From assembly GCA_951406725.2 (NCBI GenBank), contig OX597814.1, positions 19,282,001-19,346,000 of the forward strand: a DNA stretch of 64,000 bases, in the 5' to 3' direction. A program made the translations under genes and the position numbers. Shown in pieces: positions 40,590-56,254 of the stretch (position 1 is its first letter; every line of letters begins with the position of its first letter). Source of the DNA: Octopus vulgaris (lineage: Eukaryota). The notes under the pieces were generated by a model. It was not told the origin of the DNA. It saw only the letters and a program-made list of their open reading frames with translations, and made no database searches.

Positions 40590-41295
40590 ATTACATCGAC
40601 CATTGTTCAACTGGTACTTAATTTATGAAAGAATGAAAAGTAAAGGTGACCTTAGCGGAATTTGAATTCAGAACGTAGCGGCAAACGAAATACCTATTTC
40701 TTTACTACTCACAAGGGGCTAAACACAGAGAGGACAAACAAGGACAGACAAACGGATTAAGTCGATTATATCGACTCCACTGCGTAACTGGTACTTAATT
40801 CATCGACCCCGAAAGGATGAAAGGCAAATTCGACCTCGGCGGAATTTGAACTCAGAACGTAGCGGCAGACGAAATACCTATTTCTTTATTACCCACAAGG
40901 GGCTAAACACAGAGGGAACAAACAAGGACAGACATAGGTATTAAGTCGATTACATCGACCCCACTGTGTAACTGGTACTCATTTAATCGACCCCGAAAGG
41001 ATGAAAGGCAAAGTCGACCTCGGTGGAATTTGAACTCAGAACGTAGCGGTAGACGAAATACCTATTTCTTGACTACCCACAAGGGGTAAAACACAGAGAG
41101 GACAAACAAGAACAGACAAATGAACTAAGTCAATTATATCGACCCCAGTGCGTAACTGGTACTCATTTAATCGACCCCGAAAGGATGAAAGGCAAAGTCG
41201 ACCTCGGCGGAATTTGAACTCAGAACGTAGCGGCAGACGAAATACCGCTAAGCATTTCATCTAGCGTACTAACGATTCTGCCTACTCGCCGCCTT
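40590..41295 (-). mobile_element. SINE family A, tetrameric copy (~184-bp internal unit)
   Basis: One head (41247-41295) followed by repeated B-box + core + tail units joined at GAAATA|GGTATTTCG. Confidence 0.85.
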
Positions 41296-41746
41296 CTGCC
41301 AGCTCGAAAAATAGATCATTCGACTGATAGATAGACAGGCAGATAGACTGACGGACAGACAGAGAGACAGATAAATAGTTACATAAATGGGAGTCACTGT
41401 GTGATGGTGTTTTTGCGAAAACTGTGTAAAAGTGTGCGAGAATACGAGTGCATATTGAAAAAAATATGCATTCACGAAAGAGAATACATGCAGAGGAAAT
41501 GTACGAGTTTATGATTATGTAAATCGCAAGAAAATATAATTAAAAGCAGAAAAGAAGGAAATGCAGGCATATAGAGGGAATAAAGATTATGGAATGAAGA
41601 AAAATGAGAGAGTGAAGAAAGGTAAGTTATTAGAGAATGAGAATTTAAGCGGAAACTTAACAGGAGAATAGGCTAAAGGTTTAACATTCACAATGAATAT
41701 TAGATTGATAGAGAGCTAGAAAGATAAATGCATATACATAAATAGA

Positions 41747-41797
<51 letters not shown>

Positions 41798-41799
41798 GT

Positions 41800-41862
<63 letters not shown>

Positions 41863-41924
41863 GATAGATAGATGCATATACATATACATATACATAAATG
41901 TATGTCAATACATGCACACAAATG

Positions 41925-42027
<103 letters not shown>

Positions 42028-42856
42028 GGATAGATAGAATGGGAGTAGAAGCAGTAAAAATATATGGGCGTCGTTAGGTATTAGAAAATTAAAGAAAAAT
42101 ATTTGTAACTAATTCTCTTACTGCTAGAAGGTTCGCCATCTTGAAACAATAGGAAGTTTGCTTAAATGAAAGTATTCAGCTACAGTGTATATGTGCATGT
42201 TTACGTGTATCTATCTCTACATAGAACATGATATAACGATATGTGTGATATGTACTTATATATAGATGTATGCGTATGTAAGAAGTTACGTATGTATATC
42301 AACTATACTAAAAAAAAAGGTTGAGACAAAAAACATTCTTTCGTTTTCACCTGTTCAGAATTAATACTGATTCTGATATAAAATAAACAGGAAATAAAAA
42401 AGGAAATGCTAAGGGACCGTTTCCAGTTTGGAATCATTGTCTTGTGTGTATGTGCCGGTTTGTGTGTATGTGCCGGTTTGTGTGTATGTGCCGGTTTGTG
42501 TGTATGCGTGTTTGTGTGTATTGTGTCTGATATTTTTTTGCCTATTTCATTTTGTTTTTGGTAATTGGTAATTAAGAATATATACATTACATAGTAAGAT
42601 GCCAGTAGAAATTTTTGCCTCGTTTATCTTACACGTACAGTTTATTTTTTTTTCTATTTCTGGATATTGTTTTCACCTTTATGTTGTTCCACGTCAAAGG
42701 ATGCAGGAATATATCCGCATATCGATGGTGGTGCTCCAGCATGACCACAGCCGCATGGCCGAAACGAGTAAAGGAGTAAATGTGTATATATGCACAGAAA
42801 AAGATAAATGTATTTTTTTTTTATATACTTGTATTATATATATATATATATACCGC

Positions 42857-42892
<36 letters not shown>

Positions 42893-42930
42893 ATATCAAT
42901 ATACATATACATATATGGGAATCGAAACCG

Positions 42931-43133
<203 letters not shown>

Positions 43134-43658
43134 TACTCACGCACCGCTCTGAAAATTAAACGAAATTACTAGGCAAGAATTTTTATAACTCCATTGCCAG
43201 AAAATGTGAGAACTATTTGAATAGTGCTCAATCTGAGACTTTGAACCGATACAGTTTAGCTTCTTTGAACTAGTGCATAGAAAATAGAATTCATTATACC
43301 CGGTTTGTCTAATTTATATAGCAGTGAATTGTTAATAACGTTGATTCGTAATAAACTGCACATCGCTTTTAGATGAATCAAATTGTCATTTTAATAAGGA
43401 TACACTGTTAGACTCCCATCGAAATGTTAAGTAATACGCAGGACTTTTATTTCTTGGTAAGCTGAAAAGCTGAGATTGGTCTCCTAAGTTTTTAATCTTA
43501 AAACTTCATCAAAGAATAACACCTATCGTAAACTACGGAGGAAAGACTAGTTTTTAGCTTATTTATCGTGTGTATAGAGACTAGAACTCACTTAAATTGT
43601 TCGTAAAAGTTTCCGTGATGGTGAAAGCACTAATATGTGTCACACGAAAACGTAAAGT

Positions 43659-43700
43659 GTCGCTGAAGAGGTCACAGATGTGTGACGAAAGATTTCCGGA
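43659..43700 (+). ncRNA. Degenerate hammerhead
   Basis: TCG-CTGAAGA-G-GTCACA/TGTGAC-GAAA-GATT-TC-CGG. Strong stem II, weak stem I; AATAAA follows. Confidence 0.55.
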
Positions 43701-44950
43701 GAAAATAATAGAATAAAATCAGTAATAAACGAGTGACGAAAAAAATATATCGTGCGTGTGTTTATTTGGCAAAAAGAAAATGACCGTCCCGAAATACAAC
43801 AATACCTGTTTCAACACACGATTTCCCATCGGGAATCTTGCAAAACGAATTGATAAACCCAATGTTTAATGTTAGTGATATATATAGGTATGTTCGTGTA
43901 TATATGTGAATGTGTGTGTGTGTGTATGTGTGTGTATGTGTGTATGTGTGTGTGTGTAAAGAATAAGGTAGAAAGATAGACAGAAAGATAGATAGACAGA
44001 TGAATAGAAATGCTTGTACGCTTGTGTGTGTGTGTGGTGTTTGCATATGAATATATGAGTATGTATATATGTGTATGCTCGTGTGTATGTGTGTATGTTC
44101 GTGTGTAATTCGTTATTCAAATTCTACCGGGCTGACGGTATTTGAAGTCTGAACTAATAGGGAATCTAATCCATTTAGTCCTATGCTTCTATTTTCTTAG
44201 CCAACAACACAATACACCGGAGCGACACGAAAATGAAATGCATTCACACGTTAGCTCGGGTGGCAATTGTGTCAAATCGATAAAAAATTATACAAAAAAT
44301 ACGTAAGTATAATCACCGTGTCTCCTACGATGAACAGAAAAATCATCAACTACGCCGTCATTATCATAATCGTCATCAACATCATATCATTATAATCACC
44401 AACATTACCACCACGAACAGCACCACCACCGAACTACTACTCCCGCCTCCTCAAACATCATTAATGTCGTCACCAGAATCATCATCATCATTTTTACATA
44501 TATTATCATCACCGCGATACTCATGATCAGTTGTCGTCGATATGTCTGCAGGATACTAATTTAATATGAGGCATGATACTTTTGCGAAAATACAGACAAG
44601 AAATATAGATGAAAAACAAAACAAAACAAAACGTATATATATATATATATACGTACGTTATGTCATCCGTAGGAAGTATTGTCTTGACGGAAATACAAAA
44701 ATGAATGCATTCATATTAACACATTATGAATGTACTTGTACACTGAAAAATAATTAGTGTCTCACAATGGTCATAGATTACCGCGAAAAGGGAAACGTCT
44801 TGCGTCTGTCGTGCTTTTAATAACTATATATTTGACATTGTTGAAGGAAAATAACAAGGAGATTTGAAACCGTATTGTTGAATTGGCCCAGTGGTATGCT
44901 CAAAGGCAATGCCTTCTATATAAAGTAAAACAAACTACGTCGTTTGATAT

Positions 44951-44997
44951 AAACCTGAATATAATAAGGCTTAGAAAGCCTTATTATATTCAGGTTT
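44951..44997. repeat. Perfect 22-bp inverted repeat with a 3-nt loop
   Basis: AAACCTGAATATAATAAGGCTT-AGA-AAGCCTTATTATATTCAGGTTT. Confidence 0.95.
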
Positions 44998-45779
44998 GAA
45001 TGGGAATGGCAACTAAAAGCGTTTTTTATTCTCTCAACAGGAAATAAGTAGCTAGAGAATTGACTGTCGTAACCAGGTTTCGAACTCTGCTCATTAAGAT
45101 ATTAACTTTGAATAATTAGAAATAACGATTTTATACAGTGATAAATAAGGTGGTGAACTGGGAATATCGTTAGTACATGCGTTAAAATGCTTAGCGTTGT
45201 TCCTTCTAAATCTTCCAGCCCTAAGTTCAAATCTCGCCAAAGTCAACTTTATCGTCCCTTCGTGACCGATAAGGTACCAGTCAAGTACTGGTTGATGTAA
45301 TCGATTTGTCTTCTGTCCTTAAATTGTGCCTTATGAATCCTTGGAATTAAAAGAAAAAGAAACAAAAACATTGATACACGGTGATCTCAGAGTAATAGCT
45401 GTTCTGGTATTTAATTCTGTGAAAGATTTTGTCTCTAAAAGAAAAATATCTAGTTGAATTTCCGAACATGAATGTTTAGATGTTTGATCAACTAAACTAA
45501 AGACCCATTTAATTAACTGATAGCGTGACAGGGTTGTACCTTTTAAATTAGAGGTACAATCCATACAACAGCATGCTGCTCTGGTTCCGTCTACTCAGTT
45601 TCACTTACAACATATGAGCAGACAAGAGCTTAAAATGAAACGTATGTAATTTACCACGCAGCGGATCAACACAACGACATCATGATTGCGGAAAAAACTG
45701 CCTAACTTATTGGCCACACTACGTCTATAGCTGTAAATACAATTAAATGAAAGTACCAACCATCATACAGTGACACAAA

Positions 45780-47990
45780 AACAAATTAATCCGATGTCTT
45801 AAACATTCCACCTTCTCTTGTCATTTAGCCTTCCTTTCCAGCAAAGTATAATTTTGATACTCCTACCCTTGGGTAGAGTCTTCCATTCATATTGAATTCC
45901 TTCCTAGTTTTTCTCTCTGGCTTTACTAATTCAGTATTTGTCCAATCTATAAAAGCTGCTGAGTATTTAAGTAATGATACTGTCCAACTATTTACAGCCT
46001 TCACTAGATTCGGACCATTTAGCTTTGATTTCATTAGCTTCCTTACACTTCTAATGTACCCCTTCTCAATTTTCGTTTGCATTTTTGTAGTTAGTACCCT
46101 ATTCTAATATACCTAGATACTTATAACTCTCTCCTCCTTTCAATGATTTTAATGTCTGGCGATCTGGTAATTGGATGCCTTCACTGTTGACTACTTGTCC
46201 CCTTCTCATGACTAACATTGCACAATTATCAATGTCAAATTCCATGCCTATATCTTTGCCAAATAATTTGTATTAAGGCATCTATCTCTTTCTCATTCTC
46301 TCTTAAAAGCTTTAGATTATCCATGTAGAGCAAATTGCTATTTTTCCCTTGCTATTTCTAAACTGATACCTTTCCTTTGCCATCCTAAATACTTAACTGA
46401 GTGAGATCCAACATAAGGCAAATTTTAAAGGGGAAAATTCCCTGACAGTGCATTACCTGAGTAGAGATCTACTTCCCATTTCTTCATGCTACAGCAAATT
46501 AATTCTCTTATGTTGTCTACTATACTGAATATAATTAAACATTCACTTATCTATGAGTGTGGGATAATGTATAGTTAGATTTTTCTTTCTCGCTTTAACT
46601 TCATTTAGAACTGCTTTCTTTATGTATAATAGATCATACGTTCCTCGAACCTTCTTCTTGCAACCTTTCTGTGCTTCTGGCAGTGAATGATGGTTGTCAA
46701 GGTGCTCGTAAAGGCTTTCCGAAAGCATGACTGTTAACAGCTTCCACACTAATGTTAAGCAAGTGATTGGTCTATAGTTGCTAGCCGTATTTCCCTTGCT
46801 CTTATCCTACATGATGAGTGTTGTCCTCTGTCTAATCATCCAATCTAGTCATCCATCTCCATTAAGGCAATCTTCAAGTTGTTCCCTCAGCCTGGGTCTC
46901 TTCCAACTCGGCATTTTTCCTAGCACTTTATTCATTAATGCACAATGTTTCTCACTCACTACTTCTTCCTTCACTTTCTTTAATCATACTACATGTCCAT
47001 TATGATTGACTGGCGTATCCCAAATATTATTCCAGAACTTCCTAGCTTCTTCTGCGTTAGGTTTCTCATCTTCAGTACTTCGTTCTCCGCTATTTATTTG
47101 GTTGTATAATCTCCTCTGGTCTGTCTCAAATAATCTGTTCTGTTGCTATGATCTATTCTTTTCTTATATCTGGAGTGTTTGCCTGATACGCTGTTTCAAC
47201 TCTACTATGACTACCAAAACGTTTCTTTTTGACTGTACCAAACCGTTTCTCTTTGACTAAATATCTTTTCTCGAGGGTAGATTTGCATCTTATATTTCCC
47301 AACTTGTTCAATTTCCAGGCATCTACTCTACTCAGATCTTGTCTTCGAATTTTCACTTTATTCTGTAGTCTCCCTTCCCACATTTGCTCATTATTAATCT
47401 TTCTCTGTGAGATATCTAATCTTCTGGTGACTACTACCCTTCCTGCAGAGATCAATAAATCAGTGACTCCTATATTTTTAGTTTCCTGGTCATTTCTAGC
47501 AACTTCCTTTTGTTGGTGCCTTTTAATGCCGGCAATTTTTTTATACTTCTTTACTCATTACTTCCTGCACTCATCTAAAATCTTCCTGACTTAAATCAAT
47601 TAAGTCGCTGGTGCCAGTTGTTCCTTCCTTATTGGTAGCACTATTGTTATTTTTTCCTTCAGATTCTTCTCTTATGTTGTTCCTTGTCTTTCCTACTGCC
47701 CGGTCTTTCTTTTCCAATTCTCTTGTGATTTCTTCTCCCTCCAATTCTGTCATCCACATTCTTCTCCTAAACGCATTAACTTGATCAACTAATCTCTGCT
47801 CAGTGATTTTAAGCATACCCTTTTCCACCCAAAGTATTAACATCCGTTTTCTGTAGCGCCTTCTTTTAGGTTCACTTTCTAAGTAGCACTGAATCACTAT
47901 CCTGTTTTCTTCGGTGGTCCACTTCCTCCTCCTTGCTCTATAATCTGCTGATGCTGTATTAGGATAACAGTAGTGGCCAGTCTGCACCTT
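45780..47990 (-). pseudogene. Decayed R4/Dong-clade non-LTR retrotransposon (N-terminal domain plus RT)
   Basis: Fragments RRKWTTEEN..CY..YRKRM..W..ITEQRLVDQ; RPITCL..WKLLT..QKGCKK..RGT; NLLYMDNLKL; IGMEFDIDNCA; YKYLG; KSKLNGPNLVKAVNSW..LKYS...IDW. Many stops and frameshifts. Confidence 0.85.
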
Positions 47991-48630
47991 TATTGAATCA
48001 CTGTCGAGCGAGAGGCCTTCCCTTTAATGGTCCAACTTCATTTTCGCTGTTACAACGAGTTTCTTCAGAAACTCCTATCTCCCATATTATTTCCAACTAT
48101 TAGTTTTCGACATCTAAAGGTTTCAATCAACTTTCTATTGCATCATTTGTTGCATCTTTGTGCTGGTGGGGTGGTGCATGCTTCATTTAATCTTGGTGGG
48201 GGTAGATATTGTATTGTATCAGTACGTTTTGTTATAGGGTTTGGTTTGAGACTTCTCTTGTATTAGCTTTTGTAATGTATTGTTTGTGTAGCGATGGTTA
48301 TGTTCTTCTATCGTGTATCGGTCTTCTATAGCACATATTGTGGGTTTTAATCATATTGTTGGATATTAGACAGTATGAGTTTATTCTTGTATGTTTTTTT
48401 GTGGCGTGTTACATAGTGGTGTGTGTAAATTATAGATCAACTACTTCATAGCATTTAGGATTATCAGTCCGCCGTTCTTTCTATTTTGGTTGGTTTTGCT
48501 ATGAGCTTTCCGTTTTCAAGACGTTTACTTTTTAGCTGAACACCGCCGATGGACATGTGTTGATGTTTCTTTTGTAGTTATAATTATAATTATAATCATT
48601 ATTGATCCATCACTGGAGACCGACAATAAA

Positions 48631-48995
48631 TGTGGGAAGCACTCCGTCGGTTACGACGACGAGGGTTCCGGTTGATCCGATCAACGGAACAGCCTGCTCG
48701 TGAAATTAACGTGTAAGTGGCTGAGCACTCCACAGACACGTGTACCCTTAACGTAGTTCTCGGGGATATTCAGCGTGACACAGAGAGTGACAAGGCTGGC
48801 CCTTATGAAATACAGGTACAACAGAAACAGGAAGTAAGAGTGAGAGAAGGTTGTGGTGAAAGAGTACAGCAGGGATCACCACCATCCCTGCCGGAGCCTC
48901 GTGGAGCTTTAGGTGTTTTCGCTCGGTCTGGGAATCGAAACCGCGATCCTACGACCGCGAGTCCGCTGCCCTAACCACCGGGCCATTGCGCCTCC
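48631..48995 (-). mobile_element. SINE family C with a small internal deletion
   Basis: Matches family C but lacks ~20 bp after the tRNA-like head. Decayed 3' parts at 58627-58852 and ~59898-60060. Confidence 0.85.
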
Positions 48996-49329
48996 ACTGC
49001 ATGTATATAGAGATCTTGTATAAATATGGATGTATAAGTAATTGAAATGTAAAATTTAAAATTTTACTCACAGGCTTGCAGTTTTCGTAAGGAAATGTGC
49101 TTACATTTTTACGCTCATGTTGTAACGATTCATCTGATAGAAGATATTTTTGTATATATTTACTCCATATAAGCAAAATCTTTCAGTTTCCTGAAATGGC
49201 TTACATTTAGACATATTTTCCTTTCATTGTTGCGGCTTCTTAATTTCTCATTCGTGATGGGTTCAGATTTGATCTATCTTCCCAGCAGCTCGCTGTCACA
49301 CGTCCATGCTGTTTGGTATTCCCTGCGAT

Positions 49330-50197
<868 letters not shown>

Positions 50198-50922
50198 GCT
50201 ATTAAGCAATACAATATAGGCAGGACGCCCGAAGAGAAATCATTTCAGGTATTCGACATCATACTGCTGACAATTTAATTAATACGATGTATCTTATCTT
50301 ATAAGCATCCCGTCTTGGAACCATTGCATAAAGACGAAATTCGACGGTGTATATACGTTGCTTACCTTGATTTCATTCATTTGTTACAAAGCAAACACTA
50401 CTTCCCATTTCTTTGTCAACGATATTTTCTATGTATGTATATATTCATGTTATATGGGAATGAATGAATGCTGAATGCTCTTTCTAAGCTATTCACGGAA
50501 GCTAATTTATTATAGTATTCAGTGCCTGCCTAAATACCATCTATAAGAATGCGATCAATTTTCACAATTAAAGGAAGACTGGAAGAAGAAGAAGAAGAAG
50601 AAGAAGAAGAAGAAGAAGAAGAAGAAGAAGAAGAAGAAGAAGAAGATGAAGAAGAAGAGAAAAAAGAAAGCAACAACAATTAATATTATTGCACTATAGC
50701 ATGGATAATCAACGAGACGTTTCATACACACGTACACACACGCGCGCGCACGCACATGTACATCTGTCTGTGTATATATGTATATATAAATATATATGCA
50801 TGTATACATATATGTATATATACATGTATATATATATATATATATATATGTATATACATATGAATATATGTATGTGCATATATTTATGTATGCATATATA
50901 TATACAGTATATATATATATAC

Positions 50923-50999
<77 letters not shown>

Positions 51000-51058
51000 T
51001 ATACACACACATACGCAGTTACGTATGAAGTTAAAGACACATACAGACTCGCACGCAT

Positions 51059-51099
<41 letters not shown>

Positions 51100-51309
51100 C
51101 GTGTTTCCTAAATTCAGAAATTGTGATTTAAGCTATTAAAATATTGACCGAAATGTGCAGTGAAGCCTAAATCAACATTAGTTCCGGTGACTTCCGTTTT
51201 CTTTGCAAGACTCTACGCTACTGGAAGTGGGAAGTCTTGACTGACAAAATGACGAGACTAGACATTGTGGAAAATATATTTTGTGTAGACAGCCATATAT
51301 ATACATACA

Positions 51310-51343
<34 letters not shown>

Positions 51344-51365
51344 CATTCATACATACGTATGTATG

Positions 51366-51416
<51 letters not shown>

Positions 51417-51568
51417 GTATATGTATTATGTATTTATGCTTATATATGCATATATATGTATGCATATGTGTATATATATTTATGTACATGCATATAAAAC
51501 AATATATATATATGTATGTATGTATATGTTTGACTATATATGTGTATATCCATAGACACACACATATG

Positions 51569-51602
<34 letters not shown>

Positions 51603-51693
51603 CATTTGTATACATATATATAAATATGTGTATATACATATATACATATATATACATGCATATTTTTATATATATGTATATATATATATGTAA

Positions 51694-51783
<90 letters not shown>

Positions 51784-52524
51784 CAGACAGACAGAGCGAA
51801 AGTGGAACAAAGAATGAAACGGCGAGAATAAAAAAAAAACGGACGAATCAGAAAAAAAATAAAAGAAAATTTGCATTCGAATACATTTCTTTTTTAAACG
51901 TTGATATGTTGTTCTTGTTGGTGTTGCTATTGATGTTTCTTTGAGGGTTTTTTTTTCCTCTTCATAAGATCTATTCAAATGGTGATATTAGGAATAAAAC
52001 ATATATAATGCAATACATGACAAGAACTACTCAACCTGTGTGGTCAAAAGACAAGACAATGCTCTTTCTAGGAATGACATTTATGTCCTATCAAACAAAT
52101 CAGCCACTGGAGTTATGTCTGGTCGGGATCCATACATTATGAATGTCATTCATACTGTCTAAACGCCCTTTTTGTCGTCCTTTGTTTGAATTCGTCGTAA
52201 CCCTCTGTCTGACACGCCATGTATAACTCTTTATAATTTTTCGTTGACAATATGTCAATATATATTGTGTACAATACACACACACACACGTACACACAGA
52301 CACACACACACACTCACACTCACACACCAACGTATATGCATACATACTAATGTGTACTATATGCCAATATATATATCTATTTATGTGTGTGTGTGGTGTG
52401 TGTGTGCTTACGTGTGTATACACATAGATAGATAGATAGATAGATAGATATGAGAAAGTGTGATTTGTGATATAAATGTATACATATGTCTTCATTTATA
52501 CACACACACACACTCACATACACT

Positions 52525-52602
<78 letters not shown>

Positions 52603-52736
52603 AAGCAGGACATTAATGAGGTGGACACGTCGTACGTGTCACGAAGATTTTAATTCATGTAGATCTCAGTCAAACTGCTATTAAATATGTGTTTGCCTAT
52701 ATAACGCACGATATATATACATACATATATATATAC

Positions 52737-52824
<88 letters not shown>

Positions 52825-53531
52825 ATATATATATACATATATGTATATATACATGCAACAGATTTTGAGTGTGAAAATATGTATATATATACCAATATTA
52901 TGCATATACACATATTTCGTACCAACATAGGAAATGATTTTCATATTTTTCCATTATACCCTCAATGGGTTCCAGTTGAAATATCTTACGAGACAGCTTC
53001 TCTCGTCGTAGTATGTAGCTCATTTTCTCTAGCTTGGTCTTCAGGTAATTACTCACGTTTCTGAGATCTTCAATAATTATATTTTTAAAGTTTATAGTTC
53101 GAGAAGTGTAACTGCAGATTACCTCATTACCTTGTCATATACACCTTCTTAGTAACCTGTTGGCAAACTGATTTTCACTACTGTGCACAGTTTCTCATTT
53201 TTTTTTTTTTTGACGTTGATAATTATTTCTACCTGTAATACGTCCATTTTCGGAGCTCTAGACGAGAATATTCTACCGGCATTCCTTTCCGTCTGGAGTG
53301 ATTATATATTCCAAACCAATGTAACATATACTTATTCTTGGTATTATCTTTTCTACAGATTGCATTCAACGATATTTTGATTAGGTGATCATGCATTTTC
53401 ATACCAGGATAATGGATCGTCATGTGATGAAATATTGGGATATTACACATGATGTCGATGATATATTCATTTTTAATTCCACAGTGTCTGCATTGCTTGT
53501 CGCATTTAGATCGTTTATTTCCATCTCCATT

Positions 53532-53826
53532 GGCCCAGTGGTTAGGGCAGCGGACTCGCGGTCGTAGGATCGCGGTTTCGATTCCTAGACCGGGCGTTGT
53601 GAGTGTTTATTGAGCGAAAACACCTAAAAAGCTCCACGAGGCTCCGGCAGAGATGGTGGTGATCCCTGCTGTACTCTTTCACCACACTTTCTCTCACTCT
53701 TTCTACTGTTGGCCTGCTCGCTTAGCCAGCGGGGTGGCGTCATTCGAAGGCTAAAACAATGCGAACGCATTGTGACCAGCGATGTGTAACAACATCTGAT
53801 GGTCTGGTCGGTCACGTGATCACGTG
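53532..53826 (+). mobile_element. Chimeric SINE: family C head with a different 3' tail, 15-bp TSD
   Basis: TSD ATTTCCATCTCCATT (53517-53531 / 53827-53841). Tail ends TCACGTGATCACGTGA. Confidence 0.85.
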
Positions 53827-54629
53827 ATTTCCATCTCCATTCCATTTTTGCATCATGTACTTTTGTCGTTATTTCTAGCTTCTGGGTTGCACTAATTGAT
53901 CCTTGAAAATGATCAATCTACTTCGGTTATTTATGTAGCTATCACTTGGAAGATGTTTCAGCAACATAGCTATGGATGAATTTCTGCGGTCATACATCGA
54001 GTTGTGTGACTTCGTGGGTGTGTGACCCTGGTCATGAGACAAGGAATACTTTCCAAGTTACTCCTGTCTATCTCGCATGATATTCCGTAAGTCATGACTG
54101 CAGACGTCATGCCTTAATGCACTTCGAAATTTGCTATTATAATAGATGGTCTCAAAGGACATGTGACGCAACTTTTGAAGTCAGTTTAAATAGATATTAA
54201 GTCCCTGCCAATTTGTTTCTATTTTAAACAAAGAACAATATCACTGTCCATATAAATATTTATGATGTTGATTGTTTTCAGCATGAGCCATTAATAGATC
54301 TGACCTCAGCTAACATCCACCCAAGCTGATCAAATGTTAGTAGGCGTACTCAGACAAGGGACACGTTCTGGGTTACTGAGATATTGACTGGGGAAAGTTC
54401 TGAGGATCATGTTTCAGAGATTTAATATGTAGGAGTAGGTTGAGTATATATTCGCACTCATATGTGTATACACGTGTCTCTTTAATACACGAATGCGTCT
54501 CATTAGTTTTTCTGTATATATGGATATAAGACATTTGCACATTCGTGACACTGTGAGTGTGTGTTTGTGTATGTATGTGTCCCCGCGCATGCGTGTGTGT
54601 GTTTGCATGTGTGTGTGTGTGTGTGTGTT

Positions 54630-54663
<34 letters not shown>

Positions 54664-54824
54664 ACTAGCGTAGCTAGAGTATGTGCCGACCAGGGCGGCC
54701 CTTCCGTTTACCGCCCCCGGACCCCAGAAAAAACATATTGCCAACAGCAGATCCGAAGTAGTGCCCCTTTAAAAGTGCCGCCTGGGGTGGACCGCCTCTT
54801 CTACCCGGCACTAGCTACGTTAGT
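54664..54824. mobile_element. GC-rich MITE inside (GT)n
   Basis: TIRs ACTAGCGTAGCTAG / CTAGCTACGTTAGT. Confidence 0.65.
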
Positions 54825-54843
54825 GGCGCGCGTCTGTGTGTGT

Positions 54844-54915
<72 letters not shown>

Positions 54916-56254
54916 GTGTGTGTGTGTGTACATTACGTTTAGATTTATGTTCTTCCAAGAATTCAAGCCGGCCATTAACAATGTAACAATGTTTTTTTTT
55001 AATATTTCAATCACGTCAATTTCAGAAATATTTTAACATGTGTGTCATTCTTATACATATATGTAAGTGCATATGTGAGTGTACATGTAAGTGTATATGT
55101 GAATCTATTTCCACTCGTGTGTCGGGTGTACAAGCTTCTTTAGTACACAATAGGTGTGAGTACTTCTCACGTATGTGTGTGCCACATGCAGATGGATATA
55201 CGATGGCGTGATTACAGCAAACACAAATGGTGAAGATTTTGCGAGGATTTACAAACCGTCTTTGTAACACTTATCGATTGTATGTGGAAGATGTTCACAT
55301 TTCTTTGTTCTTTCTTAGAAAAACAGCATTTTTTGTTACATAACTCAACAAAAATAACAAATGAGGCTACAGAAAGGACACAAGAACTGTTAAGTTCTGC
55401 TTTAGCAAACCATAGATGTTTTTCTTTTTCCATAACTTTAAATAAGACACTCACAATCTGCTATGCAGCTGTACGTATGTAAGTTTAAATGTATATTTAC
55501 ATGTATGTACGTATGTTTGTATGTATGAAAGAATACGAATACGTTTATTGTAAATGTATTCTGGTATAAAATTCGCTATTTGCTAACTTCGCATATTTGT
55601 GAATGTATAGCTGTGCATGGTAAGAGTGTGTCTCTCTTTATATATGTACCTTTGTTTTGTGATTGATTAGTTGTGCATGTGTGAGAGTGTGTCCCTCTTT
55701 ATATATGAACCTTTGTGTATATGCGTTTGAGTATATGTATGTGCTGCTTATGTATATACATTCTTCATATCTGCATTCTGTGCAATATGAGTATATAATC
55801 TTATGTTGCCCGTAGTCTAGAAAATCTATTACATTATTCATATCCAATTGCGAGTGAGAAACTAACAAATGAATCTATCCACCGAGATGGGAACAGGTAT
55901 CTAGAAGATAAATGACCGTACCGGAGGAAATGACATTACTATAAATTTTACAAGTGTTTCATTAGATAACAGTGCTGGGTACAACATATTTTGCAAATAC
56001 ACACAAAAAAATTCCGGTACTCCAAAATAAATCTGGAAAGGATACTGTTTACAATTTTTTTAACCATGTTCGAGAGGTTCAAAGACTAAAAACATAGACA
56101 GTAATAAAGCATCCATCATCGCCCTCTAAAATTGTATCAAGAGCAACTATCATAATAGCTTCAGTCATCCTTGCCATTGTCTCCGGACCCGAGCACAAAG
56201 TGTGATAGCTTGTACATGTACATCTGCTCAATGAGCCAAATACATCTAGATCTA

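Noticed and set aside
40590-41295. CRISPR-like regularly spaced repeats
   Set aside because: The intervening sequences are themselves repeated (tandem SINE units), the context is eukaryotic, and there are no cas genes.
53200-54150. Possible decayed LINE endonuclease region around the chimeric SINE
   Set aside because: Only a vague WNI-like motif; too degenerate to support.
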